The notes: generated from the letters alone by a model not told the origin. Positions 1 through 12,165 are shown, counted from the first letter of the stretch. The stretch is 64,000 nt of DNA from Azolla caroliniana (GCA_043228905.1 JBHGNT010000015.1:8618001-8682000); one strand, 5' to 3'. Numbers and translations: made by a program.

Positions 1-883
1 CAAATCCTAGGAATGCACATAACCCAAGACAGAGCTCGGAAGGTGCTATGGTCATCACAACAGAAGTATGTGACAAAGATCCTAGAGAGGTTCAACATGT
101 CGAACGCAAAGCCGGTCGGCTCAGTGCTGCCGACAAATTGCAGACAAATTGCGTAGCAGTGTCCAAAAGGGCAGAAGGAGAAGGGTGAGATGAGGAAGGT
201 ACCATATGCCTCAGCCGTCGGCAGTCTAATGTATGCTATGGTCTGTACGAGACCGTACATAGCATTTGTTGTGGGAGCAGTAAGCCGATATATGAGTAAT
301 CTAGGGAGAGAACACTAGGCAGTGGTGAAATGGATACTCAAGTACTTAAAGGGAACCTCGGGGTGTGCCTAAGGTATGGTGTCGGAAATCCTGTACTGGA
401 AGGTTTTACGGATTCGGACATGTCTGGAGATGTCGACTCGAGCTGATCCACGTCAGGGTATGTGATGACCTATGCAGGGGGAGCAGTGTCGTGGCAGTCA
501 CGACTGTAGAAGTCTATAGCCTTGTCGACTACAGAGACAGAGTATATGGCAGCGGTAGAAGCCAAAGAAAAGCTGCTCTGGATGAGAAATTTTCTCACCG
601 AACTAGGCATGAAGCAAAAGGAGTTCTTGCTTCATTGTGACAACCAAAGTGCCATAAAACTAGCCAAGAACGCAACATATCACTCCTGAACCAAGCACAT
701 ATAGAGAAGGTATCACTAGTTACGAGAGAGAGTCGAAGAAGGAGAATTTGCTCTTGAGAAGATCCATAATGACGACAATGGATCCGACATGCTGACGAAG
801 AACCTATCTATGGACAGACTCAAAGTCTGTCGAGAGAATACAGAATTGATAGATTTCCTCCCAGAAGAGTGAAGGGGGAGTTT
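1..883 (+). pseudogene. Ty1/copia (Tnt1/Tork-like) RT-RNase H 3' remnant with PPT
   Basis: Translates, with stops and frameshifts, to QILGMHI..KVPYASAVGSLMYAMVCTRP..GGAVSWQSRL..DMLTK. PPT GAGTGAAGGGGGAG lies at ~867-880. Confidence 0.9.
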
Positions 884-1835
884 TGTTGGGAATATGTCCC
901 TCCAGTGGGAGGATGATCCGACTATTCGGAAAGCCTACAGTCGAAGAGTCGGAAAACAGGAGCCGAGTTGATGAGGAACTCGACTGAGGCCGAAACCAGA
1001 ATCGTGTAAATAGCCAACTTGGGAGACTATATTTGTAAATAGTGTAAGTGTTCGCCTCATGAGGGCTAGGTATGTAAATAACCAGAAAGTTGCGTAAGTA
1101 TATTGTTGAGAGACAAGCTCAACATCGGCCGGATCGGCTGAAGAAGTCGAGGACCGGATCGGTTGGGACCGATCGGTTAGGCCGAATGCGTAAACCGGTA
1201 CGCAGACCGGTGCGTAGGTAGGGCCGGATCGGTGCGTAAACTGGGAGGCCGTTAGGAAAGATATTCCTTGAGGAATATATTTGGGAGTTACTGTGGGAGC
1301 TCTTAATGAGCATTGAAGTACTGTCAGTACTTCGGTCAGTCCTTCTAGGACTTGTATAAAAGTGTTCATTGAACACACATATGTATAGAGTGTGGTGAAT
1401 AGAGATTTTGTACTGCTGTTGAATATAGTTCTTGTTTTTCCTCTCTCACTCTCTCTGTCTCTTCCGCGTATACTGCGTTATTGTAAGTTTATGGACCTTA
1501 CGGTCGGAACAAGGAGTGCGGAATGGTCGATTATCGACGGGTAGAGGTAGACGAGGAGGAACACCACGCTCGATTTGAGCGCACCCGAATCGAAGACGAG
1601 GTAGAAGAAAGGAGAGGGAGCCGGCATGATTAGGAATAACAAAAAGGAAGAGGGATAGGGGTTTAAACACTAAGATTGGAAACATAAACACTAAAACAAG
1701 AAACATAACCCAAAAACTAACAAACATAAAATCTAAATCTAGATACATGAACCTAAAAATAAAGTAAAGGGTGGGGTAATTAGAAAGAAATTAAAAGATA
1801 GGCTTAAAGGGAGAGGGATTAACATACTAATTAAA

Positions 1836-1837
<2 letters not shown>

Positions 1838-1881
<44 letters not shown>

Positions 1882-1961
1882 AAACATAAATAAACCTAAG
1901 ATTAAAACTAAAGAGAGAGAGAGAGAGAGATTAAAACATAAATAAACCTACGATTAAAACT

Positions 1962-2003
<42 letters not shown>

Positions 2004-2035
2004 AAACATAAATAAACCTAAGATTAAAACTAAAA
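1838..2035. repeat. Three tandem units of (GA)n + TTAAAACATAAATAAACCTAAGATTAAAACTAAA
   Basis: Directly visible repeats with variable GA tract length. Confidence 0.85.
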
Positions 2036-2246
2036 TACGAGACAAAAAACATAATTAAAATTTAAAAACAAGGGTTACGGGGAGGGAAGAGGATTACCAT
2101 ACTAATAAAAATGAAAGAGAGAGGTGCTATTACGAACTAGAGAAACATAATTAAAACACGATTAGAATAGAGAGGGCGAGGGAGAGAAACATAATTAAAA
2201 ACATGTAATTAACATTATAAATGAAAAATTACATGGGGTTTGAGGT

Positions 2247-2307
2247 ATGGTCTTATGGCAAACTAGTTTCGCCCATCACGGGCTCATCAGTGCCAACATA
2301 AGACCAT
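2247..2307 (-). ncRNA. Minimal type I hammerhead ribozyme
   Basis: Minus strand reads ATGGTCTTA-TGT-TGGCA CTGATGA GCCC-GTGAT-GGGC GAAA CTAG TT TGCCA-TAAGACCAT. It has the full CUGANGA/GAAA core, stem II, palindromic minimal stem III, a GUU cleavage triplet and a 14-bp bulged stem I. Confidence 0.85.
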
Positions 2308-2324
2308 GAGGGTGAGGGAGGGGG

Positions 2325-2332
2325 TTTATATA
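2325..2332 (-). promoter_or_regulatory. TATA box upstream of the hammerhead
   Basis: Minus-strand TATATAAA ending about 17 nt before the ribozyme stem I 5' arm. Confidence 0.45.
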
Positions 2333-2879
2333 GGATTTTAGGAGAGGGGTATAGTGAGGATGTGGGATCAAAGTTGGGAGTGGGGGGCAAGGGTGTGCTA
2401 TGTGCATATGTGCACATTTAAGGGAGAAAAAGATAGTGGGATGTAAGTTTTAAGGTTTTTTAAGGATAGGGAAAAGGGAGTGAGAGGGTATGGGAAAGAG
2501 TGTAGGGAGAAGTGAGAGAGAGGGGTAAGGGATGTGCATATGTGCACACGTGCATGTGCATGTTTAAGGAAGGAGGGGTAAAGTTGTTATAAGCTAGAGA
2601 GAAGGGAATGGTGATGTGGGCACACGTGTGGGGTTAAAAAGTAAGAGAGAGGGGAAGGTATGGGTTAAAAAGGAAGAGAGAAGGGGAAGGTAGAGTTTTA
2701 AGAGAGATGAGGGGTAGGGATAGGGATAAAGTATGGGTTTAGATGAGGGGAGGGCTAGAAATGAAAATATAAAAAGTAGGGGAGGGTATTTTCAAAAGTG
2801 AGGGTAGGGGTAGGGTGGGTAGGAGGGTATTAACCTAAAGGGTAATGGGAGGGGTAATGTGGAAATTAGGGAAAAATGA

Positions 2880-3012
2880 GGGGAAGGATAGGGTAGTAAT
2901 ATTGAAAAGTCGAGGGAAGGGTAGGATGGTAATTTTGAAAAGTCGAGGGAAGGGTAGGATGGTAATTTTGAAAAGTCGAGGGAAGGGTAGGGTAGTAATT
3001 TTGAAAAGTTGA
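2880..3012. repeat. 33-bp tandem repeat, about 4 copies (AATTTTGAAAAGTCGAGGGAAGGGTAGGATGGT)
   Basis: Visible in the sequence; gives the repeated 'YPSLDFSKLP' peptide in a shadow ORF. Confidence 0.85.
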
Positions 3013-3027
3013 GAGAGGGATACACCC

Positions 3028-6000
3028 TTTCGAACGGCTGTGTGTACCCGGGAGAATACGCCGTTCTTTTTCGACTTACAGTCAATGCTCCTGGTAGAGG
3101 AGAACCACGCGGGTGCATCTACAAGCACATACACCGACAACAGAATGTTGTACACGGAAGGAGATAGGCCCCGTGGACGTGGAGGACGAGGCGAGTTGGC
3201 ACGCAATGGAGGCGGCCGACAAGATCAAGGAAGGAGGCACCGAAGTGATGCCGACAGCAACTCCGGACCCTCCGGAAACAGGGGGAGTCGAAGCGATGAG
3301 AACCGGCAAGGGAAGGCCACAGGGAAAGTGAGTGCTGGAAGAAGCGCGCCAATTCGGAGAGAACCGGTTCTAGAAACGGCTCCGGACATATCAACAAGGG
3401 AAATTGGCAATGATCGCAGTACGCCAAAGACTCCGGGAGAGCCGGAGAAGGGTCTGCCTTCGTGACGAGACACGAAGCAAACTCAATGAAACGGACCACC
3501 CCGAGATCGGACGAGGTGTGGTACGTTGTCTCCGGCGAGTCGAACCACATGACGAGCCATAAGGAGTGGTTCTCGTACCTTGAAAAACCGATACAACCTG
3601 GAGTAGTCGTAACTGGAAACGACACTCCGCATCCGATTGCGAATGTCGGACAGGTTTTCCTTAGCCATGTCGGGCAGAAAGGGAAACTCATGAACGTACT
3701 GCACATTCCGACAATCACGAAGAACTTGGTCTCGGTCAGACAGATTGTTGACCAAGGGATGGAGGTTCGGTTTACACACCTCGGGTGCTTCATTGAGGAA
3801 GAAGGCCGTGTGATTGCGCAAGGGCGCAGAGACGGGAGGATGTTCATCCTCGATTCCACTGACGGCGGCACCGCAATGTTCGCGAAGGGACAAAAATCCG
3901 AGTCGGACATCGACTTGTGGCACAAACGGATAGGCCACGTCAACTACCAGCGGCTTCAAAACCTGCAATCGAAACAAGTGGTGTTCGTATTGCCCAAATT
4001 TTGTGGCCAAAAGGCACAAATTTGTGAAGCCTGCCAGCTCGGGAAGCAACACCGACTTCCTTTCCCCAACGAGCGAAACCGGAGCCGGAACAAGCTCGAC
4101 CTTATACACTCCGATGTATGGGGGCCGGCATAAAACGTTAGTCTTGGCGGGAGCCGATATTTCGTCTCCTTCATCGACGACCACACGCGGCACACGTGGA
4201 TCTACCTCATTGAGAGGAAGAGCGAAGTCTTCGACTATTTCCGGGATCTCAAAGGGTTCGTGGAAACGGAAACGGGACGAAAGATCAAGTGCCTGCGGTC
4301 GGATGGCGGGAAAGAGTACTTTTCTGGTCAATTCAACGGTTATCTACAACAAATGGGAATTCGGCGCGAATTCAGTTGTAGATACACGCCGGAGTAGAAC
4401 GGCGTGGCCGAGAGGAAGAATAGGTCAGTTGTGGAAGCGGCACGGGCAATGCTGGAGGAGAAGAGCTTGCCCAAGTTCTATTGGGCCAAGGCGGTATGGA
4501 CCACGGTATACATCCAGAACCGGATCGGAGACAAAGTGTCGGCGCATGAGCTATATTTCGGAACGAAGCCGAACTTGCGGCACTTGAGGGTGTTCGGTAG
4601 CATTGCGGATGTGCATGTACCGAAGGAGAAAAGGAGGAAGCTGGACACAAAGGCCGAGAAATGCATCTTGGTCGGTTACTTGGACGAGCAGAAGGGTTAT
4701 AAGTGCTATAACCCTCGCACCAAACAAGCACGTGTTAGCTACAACGTTGTGGTTGACGAGTCCGTGTCCTGGTACTAGCCCCCGACTCTAGTCCGAGTTC
4801 TGATGATGAGTTAAGCGAGGCCGAGATGCCTTTGAATGAGCCTGAAATCGAGAACCGCGAAGAGAGTCCGATTTCACTCCGTTTAACTAGACCGATTGGA
4901 CGACTGAGTACGATCAGTCTGATGAAGAGCCGGCGAGTAGTGGAGACTTGGCCGTGCATTCCCCATGCAGGAAGCCGAGGAGACGGCTTACGCGCAAAGA
5001 GAAAGGGAAGATGAAGGTGTCGGATTCCGGCACGGATAGGAACGAGTCAGACCGATGTGAGTCCGACTCCAAGGGAACCGGTGACGGGTCTTTAAAGGTG
5101 AAGTCCGCGTCGACCGAGAAGGCCTCGACATCGGCTAATGTGAGATTACGCCGATCTACCCGCCAGACGAATCTTGTTTTGCGGTTCGGATACAACGAGT
5201 ACATGGCGCATCACTATGCGTACATGACCCGTATAGCAGAAGTGCGTGGGCCAGAGAGCTACGCAAAAGCGGCGAAGGACGCGAATTGGTGCGCCGCGAT
5301 GGAGGAAGAGATGCACGCATTGGCGGAGAACGAGACTTGGGACCTGGTTGACGCACCGAAGGGTGTGAAGCCGATCGGATGTAGGTGGGTGTACAAGGTC
5401 AAGTACAACACCGACGGCTCAGTCAACCGATACAAGGCCTGGTTAGTGGCAAAAGGTTACGCGCCAACTACGATGAGACGTTTGCGCCGATCGCGAAAAT
5501 GACGATCGTCCGTGTTTTGCTCGCAGTAGGTGCGGTGAAGGGGTGGCACTTACATCAGATGGATGTAAAGAATGCGTTCCTGCAAGGTGACCTTGAGGAA
5601 CAGGTGTGCATGGTACAACCCCCCGGATTTCACTCTGGAACGAACTCCTCGGCAGTATGCCGACTGAAGAAGTCCCTTTATGGACTAAAGCAAGCCCCGC
5701 GTGCCTGGAACGCGAAGATCACGCAACAATTGCATCGGATGGGCTTCGTCACATCAAAATCGGACTCTTCCCTGTTCATCCGGAAAGGTCAACTAGGAAC
5801 AGTTAGTATTTTACTATATGTTGATGACTTGGTCATCACCGGCGACGACCTAGGTGAAATCGACCGCGTGAAGCTCCAGCTTGCGGCATCGTTCAACATG
5901 AAGGATCTGGGGGACCTTCATTACTTCCTCGGGATCAAAGTGATCCGTACCCCCGAAGGCATATTGATCAGCCAACGTCATTACGTGCTGAGTATGCTCT

Positions 6001-6580
6001 TCAAATTCGGGATGGCCGACTGTAAGTCCGTCTCGACTCTTCTAGACAGAACCGTCAAACTTCATCCCGATACGGGAAAGGTATGCGACCCGACGAGGTT
6101 CCAACAAATTGTCGGAAGCCTCATATACTTGACCATCACCCGACCCGACCTCGGTTATCATGGCGCGACCTACCGAGGAGCACCTCAAGTGTGCGCAATG
6201 GATACTTCGGTATGTCAACGACATTAAGGACCGGGGACTGCTATATTGGACCGGTGCAGCCGCGTAGTTAGTCGGCTACACCGATGCTGATTGGGCTGGC
6301 AACGCCGCCGATCGCCGATCCACGTCCGGATACGCGTTCTCCCCCGGGAGTGCCGCGATCGCGTGGAGCAGTAAGAAGCAGCCGACAGTTGCACTGTCGA
6401 GCACCGAAGCTGAGTACCGAGGAGCGTGTCCTTTCCGGTGAAGTCGAACTTCAGTACGTTCTAATGGATCGGCAGACTGCCGACATCTTCACCAAGCCTC
6501 TTGGTCTGGACAAGTTGCGGCAATTCTCAAGTGCGCTCGGATTACGTCACCTCGACGTGCCAAACTTGAGGGGGAGAACA
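3028..6580 (+). pseudogene. Copia gag(C-terminal)-PR-IN-RT-RNase H, disrupted
   Basis: WYVVSGESNHM (PR), LWHKRIGH..CEACQLGK (IN zinc finger), IHSDVWGP, NGVAERKNR, LHQMDVKNAFLQG, LLYVDD, ADIFTK. The zinc knuckle and part of RH are deleted. Confidence 0.92.
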
Positions 6581-7634
6581 ATCACGAACGACCAAGAAAG
6601 GCAGCAGGAAAGGAGTGGAGAACGCGACACCGGGTCGGTTGACTCAGTTGTCGAGTACGACTTTGGATCGGCTGAAGAAGCCGAGAGCGGACCCGCGGAA
6701 AAGTCCGGAAGCGGACAGAAGGGGAGCAACCGAAGGAGAGAGCCAAAGCTAGCCACGCATGGGGAAGATGACGGCATCGAGGGCGAGAAGACTGAAGACA
6801 AGTTGGAGACAGCCAACTCGGACGAGAGCGAAAACCTATCGGAGGTAGCCGAGTCAGTTCGGATGTTTGATTTAGACACGCTGAATCAACCGAGGCCCAA
6901 GCGGAAGAAGAGGCAGCAGGAGAAGCGTCAACACCTCAACAACAGAAGAGCTGATAAGGGCCACATGAGCAGACAAGCCGACCGGAAGGGTCGAAGCGCG
7001 CGGAGTCGAACAAGTCGTGGAGCGCGAGCAAGGCGTGAAGCCAGGAGGAACCGGAGATGTGAGCCCAAAGATCCCGAAGAGCCTCAAGTTGAGCTTGAGG
7101 GGGAGGTTGAGAGACAAGCTCAACATCGGCCGGATCGGCTGAAGATGCCAAGGACCGGATCGGTTGGGACCGATCGGTTAGGCCGAATGCGTAAACCACT
7201 ACACATACCAGTGCGTAGGTAGGGTCGGATCGGTGCGTAAACTGAGAGGCCGTTAGGAAAGATATTCCGTGAGGAATATATTTGGGAGTTAGTGTAGGAG
7301 CTCTTAATGAACATTGAAGTACTGTCAGTACTTCGGTCAGTCCTTCTAGGACTTGTATAAAAGTGTTCATTGAACACACATATGTATAGAGTGTGGTGAA
7401 TAGAGATTTTGTACTGTTGTTGAATATAGTTCTTGTTTTTCCTCTCTCACTCTCTCTGTCTCTTCTGCGTATACTGCGTAAGCTCAAGCTCTCCATTAAA
7501 CCTGAGTTTTTCTTCCTTCTGTTCGGTCTTCCTACTTGCTTCCGCACATTACTCTTTACATATATATGCAACTAGGGCAAACATGTTGTAAGTGAGGTGT
7601 GACGAACAGAGTAGAAACATGAGTTGTAGTGTGC

Positions 7635-7693
<59 letters not shown>

Positions 7694-7960
7694 GAGAGCC
7701 GCGCTATAGCTATGTGTGTAACAACAGATGCGAAGAGCCCTGTGTGGCTGATACACTCGACAGAGTGTTGTAATCATCTTTGTATAGTATATCCACTATA
7801 CTATTGTGAAGAATCTGTTCACCCGTGGTTTTTCCCATTATAGGGTTTCCACGTAAATGTCTATGTACATCTGTTTATCTTGTCTTTCTGCCATTTCTGT
7901 GAATCGTATTTCAGTGCGTAGTTCGTTTATTGTGATTAATTCCGCAACGATTTCTCAACA

Positions 7961-9577
7961 GGTATAAGGCCCGAACCATGGTGAAGGGCTTCCTACAGAA
8001 GAAAGGAGTGGATTTTGATGAGATCTTTGCCCCGGCAATAAAGATGACATCCATCCGGACAGTCTTGGGCATAGCGGCAAGCATGGACCTCGAGGTAGAG
8101 CAAGTGGATGTCAAGACGACATTCCTACACGGAGACCTCGAAGAAGAGATCTACATGCATCAACCGGAAGGATTTGAGAAGAAAGGGGAGGAGCACCTGG
8201 TGTGCCAGCTAAAGAAGAGCTTATACGGATTGAAGCAAGCTCCCCGGCAATGGTACCGGAAGTTTTACTCCTTCATGACCGATCAAGGGTACCAGAAGAC
8301 GTAGGCCGATCACTCCGTGTTTGTGAAGAAATTTGATGGAGGAGATTTCCTAATATTGATCCTGTACGTGGACGACATGTTGATTGTCGGACGAGACCAA
8401 GTGAAGATACAGATGCTGAAGAAGGCCCTTAACTGGACCTTCTCAATGAAAGACTTGGGTTCAGCAAGACAGATACTGGGGATGCACATCATCCGAGACC
8501 AGTCGAAGAAGCAATTGGGGCTGTCACAGGAAAAGTACGTGACAAAGGTGCTTCAGCGGTTCAACATGTCAGAAGCAAAACCTGTTGGATCGACACTCCC
8601 AACAAACTGTAGATTAACAAACTGATGAAGATTCCATATGCCTCTGCGGTCGAGAGCTTGATGTATGCAATGGTGTGTACTTGACTGGATATTGGATACA
8701 CAGTCGAACTGGTGAGTTAGTTCATGACCAACCCCGGAAAAGAACATTAGAATGCAATGAAATGGATACTCCAGTACTTGAAGGGCATTTCAAGTATGTG
8801 CCTCCGATTCGGCTCCGGTAAACCCCTCATGGAAGGATTTACCGATTCGGATATGTCGGTTGATGTGGACACCAGCCGGTCTACATCCGGATATGTAATG
8901 ACTTATGCAGGGGGAGCCATTTCGTGGCAGTCGAGGCTGTAGAAGACGGTTGCGTTGTCAACCACGGAGGTGGAGTACATGGTAGCCATGGAAGCCGACA
9001 AGGAAATATTATGGATGAAGGACTTCATCGAAGAGCTAGGGATCCGGCAAGAGGAATATCGGCTCTACTGTGACAGTCAAAGTGTTATCCACCTTGCAAA
9101 GAACACGACATACCATTCCAGAACTAAGCACATCCAGCGCAGGTACCACTAGATCTGGGAGCGAGTTGAAGATCGAGAGTTCGTGTTGACGAAGATCCAC
9201 ACATAGGAGAACGGATCGGATATGTTGACCAAGGTGCTAACACCCGACAAGTTGGACGCATGCCGAAAGCGGATCGGACTCACAAGACATCCCATATCGG
9301 AGTGAAGGGGGGGATTGTTGGGAAAATCGGTCTCTCTGGATGGGATCCAGTGATGAATAAAGAGGACCTGGTGAGAACCGGAAGAGATCCGAAAACCGGT
9401 GGACCCGGTGAGAACCGGAAGAGAAAACAAATTTGTAAATATGTCTTGAATAAGCCCATTGAGGCTATATTTGTAAATAGCCCTAAGTTCATATAACTAT
9501 AAATATGACTTAGGGCAATCACTTTACAGTGTGAGAGAGAGTTTTTTTGTGTTGTGGTCATATTGCTATAATTGTTG

Positions 9578-9635
<58 letters not shown>

Positions 9636-9913
9636 CAGAGCGATACTCTGCCATAACTGCCATTGTGCGAAGAAACAGAGATCGAGGTCGTTGCCTCCGA
9701 GTCTCTGATTGTACCCCTTTCTTTCTCTTCATAGTGATAGTTTGGAGTCTGTGGGCGCCCGTGGTTTTTTCCCTATTAGGGGTTTTCCACGTAAACATCC
9801 TATGTCATTTTTTTTCCTTGTGTACTCTCCATTTCCCATTTCTGTGTTTGATTCTTAGGGAAGTGTTTCACTACTCGGTTGTGGACAAGAGATATTCCCC
9901 GCATTTCTCTTCA
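7961..9913 (+). mobile_element. Second Tork-like copia: RT-RH remnant 7961-9315 and 3' LTR 9316-9913
   Basis: RYKARTMVKGF..VDVKTTFLHGDL..LYVDDML..HSRTKHI, followed by PPT GAGTGAAGGGGGGGA and TGTTGGG. It is the host of the element ending at 7960. Confidence 0.88.
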
Positions 9914-10613
9914 TGTCCGAGAGCAAGTAGAAGAAAAGGAGTTTGCTTTGATGAAGATCCACATGGCTGAAAATGGATCGGACATGCTGATGAAAGTGCT
10001 ATCGCAAAGAAGCTGAACTAGTGCCGATAGAGAGTCGGAGTGAAGGGGGAGTTTTGTCCCTCCGGATGGGAAGAAGAGAATGAACAAAAACGAGGAAACA
10101 AGGGAAATTTGGCCGAGGCCGAGATTGATATCAAGAACCGAAATCGATTTAATAGCCGATTTGGAAGACTATATTTGTAAATAATCCAAATGTGCCCTTG
10201 TGGGCTATGTATGTAAATAGCCAAAAAGTTGTATTATGTATAAATACAACTAGGGAAAACTTATTAGCATATGTGAATCATTATAATTGTAGTACGCTAT
10301 AGTGAGTAGTTGCCTCTGTAACTGGGAGAGGAAGAGAGAGTGAGAGTATAAGAGTTAGTAACTCCACAGCTGTCTGTCCGACGAAGAAGAACTCAAGGTC
10401 GTTGACGTCGATATTCTTATTGTACTACTTCTCTATCATAGTGATTCTGTTTCTCGGGGTTTGTGGACCCTTGTGGTTTTTCACGTGAAACATTTTGTGT
10501 CTCTGTATTTACCTTTCTGCTTTCTCGTTTATCTGTCTGTGTACTGTCTATACTGATTCTTTGCACCCGAACATTCAAAGTAGAAACGGTTGTGGCCGGT
10601 CATGATCCTAACA
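9914..10613 (+). mobile_element. Third Tork-like copia: RNase H tail and 3' LTR (~10055-10613)
   Basis: VREQVEEKEFALMKIHMAENGSDML, then PPT GAGTGAAGGGGGAG; the LTR resembles 50363-50881 and ends CTAACA. Confidence 0.8.
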
Positions 10614-11659
10614 GTTTCTTCTTCGAAAGTAAGGTTGTTGCTCTCGGTGTGTGTCGGAGAAGGCTTGAGCGCCTGTGCAGAATGTTGTTTCTTGCTGTGA
10701 GGAAAGAAAGCTTGAGCGTTGTGGAAGAGATTTGGTCGTACTTTGGTCGCATGTAAACGTCTGTGTTTTTCTAAGATACAGAATGAAGTCGAAGGAGCTT
10801 TTGTGAAAAGATGGATCATTTTTCGAGACGTCACCAATAGAATATGCTATTAATGGCTCTTGAATGAGATAGAATCGTCACAATTTAAACTATGATAATA
10901 ATGGCTTTTTAATAACCACCACTCGTAATGAATACTAACTCATATGCATGCCAGTCCATTTATAATTTGAAAAGGACAATGCCAAGAAGTAATAATGACA
11001 AGAATGATTTTTCTGTTATACTTTTGCCAAGATTTTTTTTATATTTATTTATTTATATTTTAAAATAATATTATTTACACTTATATCCCTTTGCCAACTC
11101 ACAGAGTAGTCGGCAAACTGTCGGCGTCAACGCCGTGTTTGAATGGGTTTGTCGGGGTCGGTCCCTAATAAGGCTTAAGTCGGAAACCATTGACCCATTT
11201 TGAATGATTTCTCTAGGTAATGTGCCGACTTGGAATGTTCCATCCTTATTATCAACTATCCAAAAAGGCTTGGTTCATCGAAATCTAAGCTTTCTTGGCA
11301 TCGAGCCCATCTTCGTTTGGAACACTAATACCTGCTTATCGACTTCAAACATCTTTGGGTGAAAGCATGCGAATGGAAACAAAAGGACATAGCTAATTAG
11401 ATATGCAAAAACCTACCATTGATAAATAGTCATTTTTGCAAAAAGCTACCATTGATAAATTAGATATGCAAAAAGCTACCATTGAAAATAGTAGAGAGTT
11501 TTAATTATATAAATGAGCACCATAAACGTCCAACATAAAATGATATGTGCACCATAAATTATATACCGAATTCCTAGGTTCATTATGCACGATCCTTTGC
11601 CACATCACGTGGGCCATCTTTGGTTGAGTATTCTAGCTTAGATTACTACCACTGTTGCT

Positions 11660-12165
11660 AAACCCTATTGACTTCACTATTCCATTGTCACCATTCTACA
11701 CTTACTTACCAGCACTGTGCGGTCCAAGTATCATCTACCACTGTTCGATCTGATGGAGTTCACTCCTCCATTGCCATCATTCTACACTCAATTTCCGCTA
11801 TTGTTCGGTCCTCGATTGCTGCCACTTTTCGATTTGACGGAGTTCACTCATCCATTTCCATCATTCTACACTCAGTTGCTGCTATTGTTCAGTTGTGTAT
11901 TGCTGCCACTTCTCGATCCGAAGGAGTTCACTCCTTCTCCACTATTGACATTGTACTCTTAGTTGTTGTCATTGTTTGTTCCAAGCATCATCTATCACTG
12001 TTCGATCCGACGGAATTCAATCCTCCACTGCCATCATTGTACACTGAGTTTCCACCATTGTTCAGTCCTAGATTGCCAAAACTGTTCGATCAAGCGGAGT
12101 TCACTCCTCCACTGCCACCATTCTACACTCAAATGGCGCCACTATTCGGCCCTGGATTACCACCA
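11660..12165. repeat. Degenerate ~84-bp tandem repeat, about 5-6 units
   Basis: CT(G/T)TTCGATxxGAxGGAGTTCACTCCTCCA recurs at ~11741, 11825, 11909, 11998 and 12082. Confidence 0.75.

Larger units (their letters stand above)
1479..3027 (-). mobile_element. Foreign purine-skewed insert carrying a hammerhead ribozyme (Penelope-like pseudo-LTR or retrozyme-like fragment)
   Basis: LTR similarity breaks at ~1478 and copia gag resumes at ~3028. The insert replaces the LTR end, PBS and gag N-terminus and contains a TATA box, the HHR, GA microsatellites and 33-bp repeats. Confidence 0.55.
1104..7560 (+). mobile_element. Nested Ty1/copia element (5' LTR 1104-~1478, truncated; 3' LTR ~7106-7560; TSD TATAT)
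   Basis: Near-identical LTR copies, 5-bp TSD, PPT TTGAGGGGGAG at 7095-7105, internal order gag-PR-IN-RT-RH. Confidence 0.92.
884..7960 (+). mobile_element. 3' LTR of the preceding copia (884-1103 + 7561-7960), split by a nested copia
   Basis: Starts TGTTGGG directly after the PPT and ends TCTCAACA at 7960. The two halves rejoin across a TATAT duplication (1099-1103 / 7561-7565). Confidence 0.85.

Noticed and set aside
3119-4331. Long antisense ORFs over copia pol
   Set aside because: These are shadow frames of a coding region with no recognisable motifs.
6284-7222. env-like gene in the copia
   Set aside because: The ORF is hydrophilic with no signal peptide or transmembrane segment; it is the RH tail plus a charged extension running into the LTR.
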